Part shown: positions 12,649 to 25,669 of the stretch, in pieces | Layout of the letters: each line of letters starts with the position of its first letter | Numbering within the stretch: the first letter of the stretch is position 1 | Notes under the pieces: generated by a model | What the model saw: only the letters and a program-made list of their open reading frames with translations | What the model was told of the DNA's origin: nothing | Database searches by the model: none | Program-made: the position numbers and the translations under genes | NCBI RefSeq assembly: GCF_006345805.1 | Contig: NC_043009.1 | Coordinates: forward strand, 8,866,001-8,930,000 | Source: Octopus sinensis | Taxonomy: Eukaryota | DNA length: 64,000 nucleotides | Direction of reading: 5' to 3'

Positions 12649-12715
12649 CCTACTGATGAAAATTAGCCTCAGTAAATATTTTTTTACTGGAATTAGTTAG
12701 AAACCATGGTCTAGG
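12649..12715 (+). ncRNA. Minimal type-I hammerhead ribozyme motif (Penelope-like/retrozyme type)
   Basis: CCTA-CTGATGA (12653-12659), extended stem II with CAGTAAA/TTTACTG, GAAA (12700-12703), palindromic ACCATGGT stem III, GTC (12709-12711), then TAGG pairing with CCTA. Confidence 0.7.
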
Positions 12716-14310
12716 AACTAAATTAGATGGTAAACGTTTTTAATTTTCAATCCTTTTGAGAATTTACAAATGAATAATATAAAATATTCATAGCTAAGGA
12801 GAGTATTCATATAGTAAGTAATAGGATTGAGGAGCAATCAGTATTCCTTGGAGACCTTAAAACAGGGTTTCCCAACCTATTTTACCCCAGGCCCCACTAT
12901 AATTTCCCAGAAAAATGTATGCTCCACTGGTGGTTGGATAAAAACAACTTTATTTTTAATATTCTATCACAATTATTTAATACAAAATAATCTACCAGTA
13001 ACTCTTTTATTAAATACCGAGTATTGACTTCACATAATTAATATAATGAAATTATTGTATACAGTGCTCAGGTGCACCACAACCTGTCAGAAAGTGCATA
13101 TAAAGTATATGCAGTAATGTAAAAATGTCTGGGAAGCGAACAGTGTAGGAGTCAGATACATGCTTGCATGTGTATGGAGGGGAGAAAATCAGGTGTAGTG
13201 TTGGCGAATCTCAGAAAGCATGGAATTCCTTAGAGAACTATCCACACTAGGGCATTAGAACAGCCCTATACTGTAGTAAACAGTCTTCATACAGTATTCT
13301 TTGGCTGGAGGGACTGGTTTGGTCAGGCTGAGTATAGGTGTAGCATGTTTGCTGTGAAAAAAAGATTTTTACAAATCCATTCCCACTAAAAAAAAAAGCA
13401 AAGAAAATATTTTGGATCTCACTTGGTTCTGGACCCAGGTCAACCAAAGCCTTGAGTGTGGATTTGGTAGATAGAAACAGAAAGAAGTCTGCTATGTTCA
13501 TGTATACATCTATATATATATATGTGTGTGTATGTCTTAGTGTTTGTCTTCCTCTTGACAACCAGTATTTAGTAGTTAGGTCAAAAGTTCTATAGAATTA
13601 GTACCAGGCTTAAAAATAAGTACTGAGGTCTAATTTGTTTGGCTCAAACCCTTCAAAGCAGTGCCCCATCATAGCAGCAGTCCAATGACCGAAACAAGTA
13701 AAAGATGAAAGTATTTGACATTAGTTACATAATAACATATGTATTGTGATCCCTGTTAGTCATGGCAACTAGAGATATCATGTGATAAATGTGCAATGAG
13801 ACTAACTCAAAACTAATAAATTATTTACTTTCCTAGTAAAAAAAAAGTGCAGGACAAGAACCAAGGGAGATAACAGATGTTGAAAGATGTACTTTTTAAT
13901 GGAGAATGACAAACGAATAAATTTGTGTGTGTGAATGTAAGGATACCCTTCCCCGCCAAAAAGATAATAAAAAAAACAACAAAGATTTAAATTGTGAATC
14001 GGTGACAATCCTCCACTTTTTTTTTTCACCACCGGCTTTTTTTTTTTAAAGTTATTTGCAAATCCTCATATGCATGAACAAACACATTCATGCCTTATGT
14101 GAAATACGACTAAGTCCGAAATTAATTGTCCAACTGAATAACTTCTAGTAGGACATAAAAACGTGGTTATTGGTGGAGCCACATTGTTAAGAACTGATTC
14201 TCTACATCGGTATGTGTACAAGTATTTATGTATAAACACACAAACATACACACACACACACACACACACACGTGTGGTGCATGCACATATATATCCATAC
14301 ATGTTATATT

Positions 14311-14356
<46 letters not shown>

Positions 14357-14704
14357 TGTACATATATATACATATAGATTTATATGTGTGGGCATCTAGC
14401 TGTAGAAACTCTGCCAGATCAAGATTGGAGTCAGGTGCAGCCATCTGGTTCGCCAGTCCTCAGTCAAATCGTCCAACCCATGCTAGCATGGAAAGCGGAT
14501 ATTAAACGATGATGATTATATATATATATATATATATATATATAGCACTGAGAAGGAGGAACTGTCATCAGACATTATATATATATATAATTATTTGCAG
14601 GATTCAATTGATTTGAGGTATTTTAATAAGGACACTAAGGGTTGAGAATAGAATATCCATGTATCAACAATACATATGGACACTCACACATATATATATA
14701 TAGA

Positions 14705-14926
14705 TACTGCAATCCCTCGCCATATTGCGGTTCACCTATCGCAGTTTATTATTTAGGCTTACATCGATTCCTCTATAGAGTTGTTTTTGCATTTATAATA
14801 AAATAAATACATATGAGTTATAAAAATAATTTTAAAAATATACAGTACTGTTTCTACTTCATGGACTTTCACCTATTATGAGGGGTTTTGAAACGTAACA
14901 CCCGCCATAGTCGAAGGATTATTGTA
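14705..14926. mobile_element. Pogo/Tigger-like MITE
   Basis: TA-CTGCAATCCCTCGCCATATTGCGG ... CCGCCATAGTCGAAGGATTATTG-TA degenerate TIRs. Confidence 0.6.
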
Positions 14927-15190
14927 TACAAACTTGTCCTCTGGTATGCACATGAACATGAACAAATCAATATATTCATCAAAATAAACATGTATATTTA
15001 AAATCACATACAGATGATTGTCACCGAGGTGAGGGAGTCAAAAGAATATATTCGTTATCAGGCAAATGTTAAATTTTGGATTTGAAATTTTTTATTCACC
15101 TGAAGAAAAGGTTTTTTTTCTTGATTTGGTCATCAATAAAAAGTGCATCTGAAACGGTTGTAATGGACATCAGCCCATTTTTGTTCCTAT

Positions 15191-15234
<44 letters not shown>

Positions 15235-16120
15235 TATATAATGGAGAAATTGTACAAAATGTATAAATGGATGATAAAGCACCGGCAGTTTTGATTACCT
15301 GTTGTTATCTGTAGATTTACTGCAGAAACATTGGAGATGGAATGTGTAATAGACTTTATTGGGTACAACACATGTTTCGACCCATTTTGGGTCTCTTCAG
15401 AGACGGCTTATGTACCGATATATGTCCACCAAATTTGAGAATATACATATATATATATATATATAATGCGTATATACACACACATATGTAAAAGAAGGAA
15501 AATAGAAAATGGAGTTTGGGAAGTTAATAATTGTTTATTATTAACAGCCAATTAATCATCATCCCTTACAGCTGTTTCAATTAATCCTCAGTAAATATTA
15601 AATCTTTATAACCTGAGCATAAACAATATGAGAGATCACCATGTGGATCCCTTGTATGCTAAAAATAGATGTCAAACCGTCCTACCACTAAATCTGTGTC
15701 CTTAACTTAGTAAGGCGCTAAATGTTTGCAAGCTAGACAATCGTTCGTCATTTAACGTCCGCTTTCCATGCTAGCATGGGTTGGACAAATGACTGAGGGC
15801 TCGCGAACCAGGCTGCACCAGGCTAACAGAAATAAACACAGCACTTAATTCCATATCTTAAGGTTTCGACATGAACAATTCAGTAATTATCTGTATTGGT
15901 AAAAAAGTTCATAGTAGTTTTTTAAGTAAAAGTCATCAGTAATATTTAGATAGTTGTGCATACCTTTACTTTACCACATATTCCCTATTTTGTTCCACTA
16001 CCTTTTGCCATCTTGAGGTGGTTTCATGATCCTATCCTCCCAGAACATGGCATCTTTGTGGGCCATGAACTGGTCTAAGTGGTTTTACACCCTTTTAAAG
16101 AATCAAAGTTCTCCCATTAA

Positions 16121-16340
16121 CCCTTTCGTTACCAACCCAGCTGAAACTACCTCTGGCTCTGTAGTACAAATGTCTATTTTTCATAAATTTTGAATTAAAA
16201 TTTCCACCAAACCTTAGTCACAATTTATGTTCCTGACACTAGCTTAATGATAACTAAGTTATTTTACAAAATTCTTTGTTATATTTAAAGTAATTGAAAG
16301 AAACACAGAGCATCTCAAAATAAATACGGTAATGAATGGG
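16121..16340 (+). mobile_element. piggyBac-type 220-bp MITE
   Basis: TTAA-CCCTTTCGTTAC...; right end degenerate (ATGGG-TTAG). Confidence 0.85.
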
Positions 16341-16996
16341 TTAGGAGAATTTTGCAGGGATCAGAATAAATGATAATGGGTAGGGTAGGACATCCCACCA
16401 AGCTGCCCTAATTTCTGCTGGCTCTGCAGAGAAACGGGCAGTCTAGTGTTGCGGTAAGACAACACCCTTTTGGTTGGCCAATTTTGGATGTTTTACATCA
16501 ATTGCCCCCTTTAATCGGTCTAACTGGGAACAATAATAGTCTGAATTTAACATCTGATTGCATGAAAGTAGCTCATAATACACATCACCCTTCCAAACCT
16601 ACCAGATAGAGAGCATCACTTTCTTTGGATACAGACCAGCTTTTGTAGAGATTGAAGGCAGTTCATCTTGTTTTGCTCAGGACCATTTTTGTTTTATTTT
16701 ATTGTAAATAATTTATTTCTTATTACACGTGATCATTCTTTTCAAAAATGGATAATTTTTGTTTCGTCTGAGCAGAGAATTGCTCTATTAAGCTTTTCTC
16801 CATTAAGTTATGAAGCACCCAAACATCATAGCAATTCATGTAACCAAGTGTTTTTAAATGCTTTGTAATGCTCACATGGGCTGCTGTAGAAGGAGTGAAT
16901 AGGTCTGTTCTAAAAGAATTCTTAATTACCTTAGCAACCAGCTATATATCTCTCCCCACCATTCCGTCTCTCTCATGAAGTATTTTGTCATAAATA

Positions 16997-17507
16997 TTAG
17001 ATTTTTTTGGTTTTTCACAGCAAAAGTGATTTATTCCACTTTTGAAAATTATGCTTCCACTTAACATACAAATGAGGGAGAAACACTAGAAAAATTTAAC
17101 TTCTTTCGTCATATTTTGTTTACAAAGAAAATTTTATCCTATATAATCCCTCTCTGACCTCCGCTCCAGTATCCTTGCTTGACCTTATTTGCTGCTACTG
17201 CACTGATCTCTGTTTTTAGATGTTGATGATCTCATATCAGTGTCACTCAGAGTCATCTTACCTACTTATCTCTCCTCATTTTACGATTCATATTGTGCCC
17301 AACCCTATCCATCCCTGACTCTGCACTAACCACTTCCATACTCCTTCCATTCCAGAGAGTCAGTCCTCTGGAATTCCTTACTTGTCTATATTCTTGTTTA
17401 GCCTATTGTCCATTCTGATTGAATAGATCCATAGTCAAAGAAAGGCATTGTAGCCATGACCATCTCATCTTTTCTGTCATATTTCTAGAAGTATATTCTC
17501 TGCCCTT
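16997..17507 (+). repeat. Donor of a ~510-bp inverted duplication
   Basis: Nearly identical (few substitutions or indels) to the reverse complement of 20893-21397. Confidence 0.92.
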
Positions 17508-20500
17508 CCCATGTTAAGATAGTAAGGAACGGCTGAGAAATTCCCTCATTGGTTTGTCTCTGCACATGTTTTTCCAGCAACCCTTAGCTTGCACTGCCTT
17601 GTAGATTTCACTGGTCTTGGAGGACCAAAGATGACCATAGGTACCTTTCCCTTCCTCTGGATCAAAGCATTAAAGTACAAATAAGTTTCTACATGGTAGT
17701 TTGACTTGCTAGAAATAGTAGCCAAATCACTCTCAAATCACACTCTACCACTTTCTTAGAAAAGGACATTATGAATAATGTTGTCTTGGGTTCTTTATAT
17801 ATCAGAATAGACAGAATGTCATAGATGGAACACCTTTGAACAGAGTTGACCTGGTGTTAGACACTAACATTAAAATAATATATATATATGTGTGTGTGTG
17901 TGTGTTTACAGACAAACCTGTTGAGCGGAAATTAGTGTTGGATCACTGGAATTCTGTAAATATTTGTAATTTGATGTGTCTCTGGATAGATCACTTTATT
18001 TACTTTACCCCATTCAGCTTTTGAGGAACGGATAGCAGAATTTGTGCAAAAATTAACTGTGATAGATTGGCCCCTTATTCAGTACAAAATGGTTTCTAAT
18101 TTGCCGAGTTAAACTATAGGAACCAGAATTAAGAACTGTTTCTTTTTATGACATTCTGTTCTGTTTTGGCTCACCTGGCTGGTTACCTTGCTTCTATGGT
18201 ATATATGTGGTTAAGATCGCAGCATTCTTCCTGAACTGCATGCTGGTCTGTTGCAGGGTTACCCATTTACAGCCGAGTGAACTGGAGTAATGTGAAATGA
18301 AGTGTTTTGTTCATGAACATATTGCACTGCCCAGTCTGGGAATTGAAACCATGATCTGATGACCATGAGTGCAACACCCTAATCACTAGGCCTTGTGCAT
18401 TCACTTTCTCTTGGATTATCCACTTTTAATGGGGTTCACTTTTGTGTTTCATAGGCAGTAGTACAGGACGTTACTGATGTGATTGGGTAGGGTTTACTAA
18501 CCAGTGTCTCGCTTCACTTGTTAGCAGAGCCCCACAATTGGGTGGATTTAGGCTCTACTGTACCATACTCACCTGTTACATGCTGGTACAGATCATAGTC
18601 AATTAAACTGCTCCCAATATTTGACTGATCCTTTCTTTCACCTTAGAAGGACAAAATGCTAAATCGCTGGCCATGGCTCTTAATACTTTAAATTCTGAAC
18701 TGTTAAGATTCAAAACAAATACTGCAAGGCATTTTGTCCAGTACTCTAACATTTCTGCCAGTACACCGTCCAAGAACTAAGAACTGCTGAAGTTTATGAG
18801 AAAATGAAGTACCAATATATGAAGGCGGCAAGCTGATGGAGTCATTCCTACACTGAGAAAAATGCTTAGCAGCATTTCTTCTGATTTTATATTCTGAGTT
18901 CAAATACTGCCAGGGTTTAACTTTGCCTTTCATCCTTTTGGAATCAATAAAATAAGTACCAGTCAAGAACTGGGGTCAATGTAATCGACTCACATTTCCC
19001 CCAAAATTGCTGGCCATGTACCAAAGTTTGAAACCAATGCAGGTATTAATATAGGTATTGTCTTAAGGCAGCGAGCTGGTAGAAACATTAGCATGCCAGG
19101 CAAAATGCTTAGAAGTATTCCATCTGTCTTTACATTCTGAGTTCAAATTTTGCCGAGGTTGACTTTGCCTTTCATCCTTTCGGGGGTCGATAAATTAAGT
19201 ACCAGTTGTGTACTGGGGTCGATCTAATCGACTGGCCTTCTCTCCCAAAATTTTGGGCCTCATGCCCAGAGTAGAAAAGAATATGGGTATTGTCTCGCTC
19301 CAGGCCCAGTCTGATCAATTAAACCCTTAATCAAAGGTGTTCAAGCAAAAATAACCCAATACTTCTATCTTTTACTTGTTTCAGTCATTTGTCTGTGGCC
19401 ATGCTGGGGCACTGCCTTGAGGAATATTTAGTCAAACGAATCGACCCCTGTACTTATCTTTTAAGCTTGGTATTTATTCTATCATCTCTTTTGCTGAACT
19501 GCTAAGTTACAGGGACAAAAACACAACAATACTGGTTGTCAGATGGGGAACAAACACAGACACTAAGACACATATCAGTACAATGGGCTTCTTTCAGTTT
19601 CCACCTACCAAGTCCACTCACAAGGATTTTGTTCAGCCTGAGACTATAGTAGAAGAGACTTACCCAAGATGCCACACAGTGGGACTGAACTTGAAACCAT
19701 GTGGTTGGGGAGCAAACTTCTTACCACACAGCCACACCTTTGCCTATTTTGGATATTATTTTTCAAAACAGCAGGGTATCATTTGAGGGAGATTTAGTTG
19801 CTATTTCTAACAAGCTGAGAAACCACATAGTTAACTGAACTATTAATGTAATAATTAACATCAAAATCAAATGCACCCTTTTAAAGCCTAGCAGGCTCAT
19901 GGGCCTGGTTTCTATAGCGTATGTGTTCCCCAGCTGGACGGGACGCCAGTCCATTGCAGCGTTACTCATTTTTGCCAGCTGAGTGGACTGGAGCAACGTG
20001 AAATGAAGTGTTTTGCTCAAGAACACAACGCATCGCCTGGTCCAGGAATCGAAACCACAATCTTATGATCATGATGCTGACACCCTAACCACTAATCCAC
20101 GTACCTCCACAATAATTAACACAGATATAACTATAGTAGCTGTTGTTGTTTAGCCTTAAGTCAGTTCTGATTGAGAAAATCAATGACTAAATGCATTCCT
20201 GTTGTGAATTTTCTGTATCTGTGACTCCATTGTCCCAGTTTCTTTTCTTTGACAATAAAGTGTGATTTGAAGGGGATTTGGCTTCTATTTCTAGCAAGTT
20301 AAATGACTTCATAGAGATTTTCTCATTGTGATTAATAACAGTAGTTGAACAGCTGCACTGAGGTTCTCACATAGACTCGAGGTATTAACATAGTTTTTAA
20401 CAGAGGTATTAATTTAGTGATTAGTTAAGGTATTAATGTACTAATTAGTAAAAGTATTAACATAGTGAGTAATATAGGTGTTAATACAATGTGGTGGTTT

Positions 20501-20599
20501 TTAATTTTCTTGAGGTGTTCATGCCTTGACGCAAAAAAAAAAAGCATCTGTATTTTTGGTGAAGGACTCTCTGGAGTAATGTTACTTGACTGTGAGGGT

Positions 20600-20845
20600 G
20601 GCTTGAAGATCAGGGTGCTTCTCCAGGTCAAGCAACTTTGGTGCTATGGACATGTGGTTAGAATGTTGCAGGAAAGAATTACAAGACGGATTCTTCAAGC
20701 TGAGCCAACTGGCAGAAAATTTAAAGGTAGACAAAGAATGAAATGGCTGGATAATATCCATTGTCTTAGTTGGTCATGCAAGGGAATCCAGCTGAAAAGT
20801 GTCATGACATTTACTTCTGATTGGACCCTACAGAGGAGGTGTCTG
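20600..20845 (+). mobile_element. Decayed RTE/L2-type ORF2 C-terminal fragment
   Basis: QLWCYGHVVRMLQERITRRILQAEPTGRKFKGRQRMKWLDNI resembles the WYGHVxRM...GRPRxRW motif. Confidence 0.6.
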
Positions 20846-21397
20846 AGTAGTTTTTAAGTAAAAGTCATCAGTAATATTTAGATAGTTGTCAAAAGGGCAG
20901 GGAATGTAATTCTAGAAATATGACATAAAAGATGAGATGATCATGGCTACAATGCCTTTCTTTGACTATGGATCTATTCAATCAGAATGGACAATAGGCT
21001 AAACAAGAATATAGACAAGAAATTCCAGAGGACTGACTCTCTGGAATGGAAGGAGTATGGAAGTGGTTAGTGCAGAGTCAGGGATGGATAGGGTTGGGCA
21101 CAATATGAATCGTAAAATGAGGAGAGATAAGTAGGTAAGATGACTCTGAGTGACACCGATATGAGATCATCAACATCCAAAAACAGAGATCAGTGCAGTA
21201 GCAGCAAATAAGGTCAAGCAAGGATACTGGAGCGGAGGTCAGAGAGGGATTATATAGGATAAAATTTTCTTTGTAAACAAAATATGACGAAAGAAGTTAA
21301 ATTTTTCTAGTGTTTCTCCCTCATTTGTATGTTAAGTGGAAGCATAATTTTCAAAAGTGGAATAAATCACTTTTGCTGTGAAAAACCAAAAATCTAA
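20846..21397 (-). repeat. Composite duplication: direct copy of 15913-15957 joined to an inverted copy of 16997-17507
   Basis: AGTAGTTTTTAAGTAAAAGTCATCAGTAATATTTAGATAGTTGT at 20846-20889, then CAA, then the inverted arm 20893-21397. Confidence 0.9.
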
Positions 21398-21688
21398 CAT
21401 GGAGTATTTCTATCTCCATGATCCTCCCAGAAATAGCAGAGAAAATGCATGGAAATAACATCAACCAGGATGAGATTCAATTTGCCAAGAAGTTACCTTT
21501 AATCTACAGCATGTTCCCAGAACAGGGATGATATTTCAAGAAGTATACGTTAAAAATTGAAAGTAAACAAAAAGTATGTGTGCTTTATTATACATGTAAG
21601 GAGAAGAAATAGAAATTAAATGGTAAAGCAAATGCTAGCATAGTTGATGTAGTAAAACAAGAAATTTATTTAATTAAAATAGCCTTAA

Positions 21689-21908
21689 CCCTTTCGTTAC
21701 CAACCCGGCTGAAACCATCTCTGGCTCTGAGTACAAATGTTTTATTTTCATAAGTTTTGAATTAAAATCTTCCACCAAACCTTAGTCACAGTTTACGTTC
21801 CTAACACTAGCTGACTGATAACTAAGTTATTTTACTAAATTCTTTGCTATATTTAAAGTAATTGAATGAACCACAGAACATCTCGAAATGAATACAGTAA
21901 CGAAAGGG
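21689..21908 (+). mobile_element. piggyBac-type 220-bp MITE
   Basis: TTAA-CCCTTTCGTTAC ... GTAACGAAAGGG-TTAA, with a TTAA target duplication. Confidence 0.92.
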
Positions 21909-22360
21909 TTAAATCTTCTAAGTCTATGTTTCTCAAACTGAGAACTAGTCCAACCCCATAAAAAAAAATAAAATAGAATTTTTTCCCTTTATCCCTCTTT
22001 ATTAACAAGAAGACAAAAAAATATTGCCTCCATATATATATTTCTTCTTCCTTTGCCATGGTTTAGGACAAGTTTAAAACCATGGTGATTTTATTAAAGA
22101 TGGTAATTTGCTCCCCTCTCATTCTTCCCTATGCCAACACTACATCAGAAACATTGATCTCTAAATGATAATTTTATTATTAGGTCATTCCACCAATGAT
22201 AAACACAAACACTGGTTCTATTTCACTTCTTTATTTCTCAGCTGGTTTACTGTTTGCTTGTTTAATCAATCGTTCAGTCAATCAACCAGTCAGGTTTGTC
22301 AAAGTCCTTCATTCAAGATCTCATCAATAACATACCTTTCCTACTCTAAGTTTGATTTTA

Positions 22361-22660
22361 TAATAAATAATAATGAAATTATTGTATACAGTGCTCAGGT
22401 GCACCACAACTTGTCAAAAGTGCGTATAAAGCATATGCAGTAATGTACAAATGTCTGGGAAGTGAACAGTGTATGAGTCAGATACATGCTTGCATATGTA
22501 TGGAGGGGAGAAAATCAGGTGTAGTGTTGACGAATCTCAGGAAGCATGGAAGTTTTGAAGGATGCAGTGCTCCGACAACTAACAACTGATGCCGGCAGTT
22601 TGTTCCATGCTTCAACAACTCTTAGCGTGAAAAAATGTTTCCGAAAGTCATGGGAGCTGT
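22361..22660 (-). mobile_element. CR1 3' end
   Basis: Same family as 59281-59655. Confidence 0.88.
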
Positions 22661-23137
22661 CTCCTAGTGTAGTCAAATAGAACCAATTCATGTGTTTATT
22701 ATTTTCATAATGATCTTCCTGAGATAAAACAAAGTGCGTCTACACATCAAGAATCTTGCAAGACAAATACAAAACGATATATTCTGAATGATTAATTCTG
22801 GCGAAAATAAATAAATTTTTTAAAAAGGCAAGGGAGACAACACCGAAATTTTAATTCAAAGTGGAAGGTAGTGAGAAGTTCTTATGGTCTATAATGGTAA
22901 TAACCCCAGACATGTTTCAGTTTTGTCACTATTTTACAAATTTTGTTGATTTTCTCTATGCAGGTAAATATGTGAAAAATTGCCTGGTTGTTGTTATTTT
23001 TTTTCTTTACAATAATATGAGTTTATTGGAAATTTTGATAATTTTAATAATTACATATATAACACGAATGTATGTGATACATATATAATACAACACCATA
23101 TTAAAATACAAATACAAAACCAAAGAAAACACAATCA

Positions 23138-23372
23138 ATTGTTAGTTGTCGGAGCACTGCATCCTTCAAAACTTCCATGCTTTCTGAGATTCGCCAACAC
23201 TACACCTGATTTTCTTCCCTCCATACACACACAAGCATGTATCTGACTTGTACACTGTTCGCTTTCCAGACATTTGTACATTACTGCATATACTTTATGC
23301 GCACTTTCTGACAAGTTGTGGTGCACCTGAGCACTGTATACAATAATTTCATTATTATTATTATTATTATTA
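23138..23372 (+). mobile_element. CR1 3' end, inverted relative to 22361-22660
   Basis: Same family with (ATT)n tail. Further copies at 13040-13228 (-) and 25588-25632 (+). Confidence 0.88.
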
Positions 23373-25034
23373 TAAAAAAAGTTAACAAAATAGCTCAGGA
23401 GAATAGAATTTTTAATGTTCTAAAATAACGGCTGTGACTAAGCAAACATCTTTTATTTATTCCTGTTATAGGCACAAGGCATACAATCTTTAGGATGTGG
23501 CTAGTTAAAAACATGGACTCCAGTTCTCAACTGGTACAAGACCAACATCTTCATGGAAAGTGGAATGTCGATTACAACAACCCTGGTGTTCAATTTTATC
23601 AACTCCAAAAGGATCAAAGTCAACCTCTGTGGCATTTTAACTTAGAATGTAAATCCAAAAGAAATTCCACTTAGTATTTTGTTCAGTGTGCTAATGATCT
23701 TGCCAGCTTGTTGCCTTTTGCTAAATAAATATTAATTCTAGTAATTACAGCATGGAAGACACTGCATCTTGGTTGCAATGGAACTGTGTCTGGGAATGGA
23801 TTACAGATATTGCAGCGAAAATTTTGACACCAGATAATAAAGGGATTAAGTGGTTTTAAGTCTTTTTTTTTTTGCATTTCAGTGTTGCTAGTATGTGTCT
23901 ACGATGCTGGAAATTGCTTTAGTTTCAACACCTTGTTTCAGAAAAAATCATTTGCCAGCCCAGATAAATATATCACTGAAATTCCAGTAGCTTCATCCAG
24001 GCTTCCAAAATCCTGAGAAACACTGTTCCCTCTTACCTTAAGAAGATAACAACCATGCGACAACTTTGCTTTATGAAAAGCTAAAATTGCTTTGGAACTC
24101 TGTCAGTGAGGAGGTTGCAGGTAATGTGACAAAGATTTTGACATCAAAGAAAGCACCCATGCTGGTGCTTCATAAAGAGCATCCAGTACACTCTGTAAAG
24201 TGGTTAGTGTTAAGAAGGACTTCGAGTCAGAAACTGTGCTAAAACTGGTGCAGCCCCTGGCCTTGCCAGTTCCTGTCAAATCATCCACCCAATGCCAGTA
24301 AGGAAAACAGATGTTTGATGATGATGGTGACGATGATGACAGAGACGACAATGATGAATAAATGTTTAAGTGAAGTTAACAGTTTTTGTGCATTTTTAAA
24401 TGGCTGATATGTGTCTTCCTTTCTGTAAATGTTTCAATTTCAGCACCTGGCCTCAAATTAACTTCCTTGCTTATCTTGGAAGTTAGGGATTTTGTGAATC
24501 TGGAATGGAACCAGGTGTAACCACTTAAACCAGTTCACCATTTCCATGCATGAAGGAACATTGAGGATGACGACGATGGTGATGGGAGTAGTGTTTGTAT
24601 AAATGATGATTGAAGGATCATCTTTGGAAATAATATTGTCAATTCTTCCTTTCAGCATAGCTAAAAATTTGTCTGTACTTGCTCTTGTTTGTCTTGGCTT
24701 TGACTTGATTTTACTCTGAATTTAGTGAACAAAATTAAAAAGGAAGACTACAAATGACAAGGCAATGAGATAATTTCTATATGCCAGGAATGGCAACTGA
24801 GTTCCCCATTAAAACCACACTTTAGTCTTTAAAAATGGATACATTAGATAATTAGTTCTGGGTTCTTAAAAAATACTTGATGGTCTTGGCTTGAAAACCC
24901 TTGATTCTAGGTTCACTCAGTCTGAGTTCACCCGGTGCTAAACAACAACATGATTCAGTGGATATTATGTTAGTGAGTCAGTTAAAAAAGTTTCAAACTA
25001 GTTATTAAGTTACTGAGGTTGCGTTGTGCCTTAA

Positions 25035-25254
25035 CCCTTTCGTCACCAACCCGGCAGAAACCAGCCCTGGCTCCGAGTACAAATGTCTTGTTTTCATATG
25101 TTTTGAATTAAAATCTTCCACCAAACCTTAATCACAATTAATGTTCCTGACACTTGCTAAATGATAACTAAATCATTTTACTAAATTCCTTGTTATATTT
25201 AAAATAATTGAAAGAAACACAGAACATCTCAAAATAAATTCAGTAACGAAAGGG
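25035..25254 (+). mobile_element. piggyBac-type 220-bp MITE
   Basis: Same family; TTAA on both sides. Confidence 0.92.
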
Positions 25255-25669
25255 TTAAATAAGAAGCTAAACTGCTCTGCCTCGTTTATGTGACAGCATT
25301 CAGGTAAGAAAGAAAGATAAAATGTGAGAGTTGGTTGAACATTTCAAAAGTAGCATCATTGTCCACAACATTGGGATCAAATTCCATCTTACAAAAGAGG
25401 TGAAAGAAAAAAATTGTAAATTTTTGTTTTAATTAGATTTAATAAATTATTTTGCAACTAATCCTACTTCTATATCTTATTCCATTCTTATATTATTTAT
25501 TTGTTTCTTAAAAACTTATTCACTGTTCACTTCCTGTGTATATTTTGTGTACTGTTTATGGAGTTTTGGTGACATTTTCTGATGAATTGTACTGCACCTG
25601 AGCACTGTATACAATAAGTTCATTATTATATTATTTTAGTATGTATTTATTTTATTTTTAAGAATCATA

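Noticed and set aside
16997-21397. Large DNA transposon with 500-bp TIRs
   Set aside because: No TSD, no transposase, the interior is ordinary SINE-laden DNA, and the right arm is fused to a second local template.
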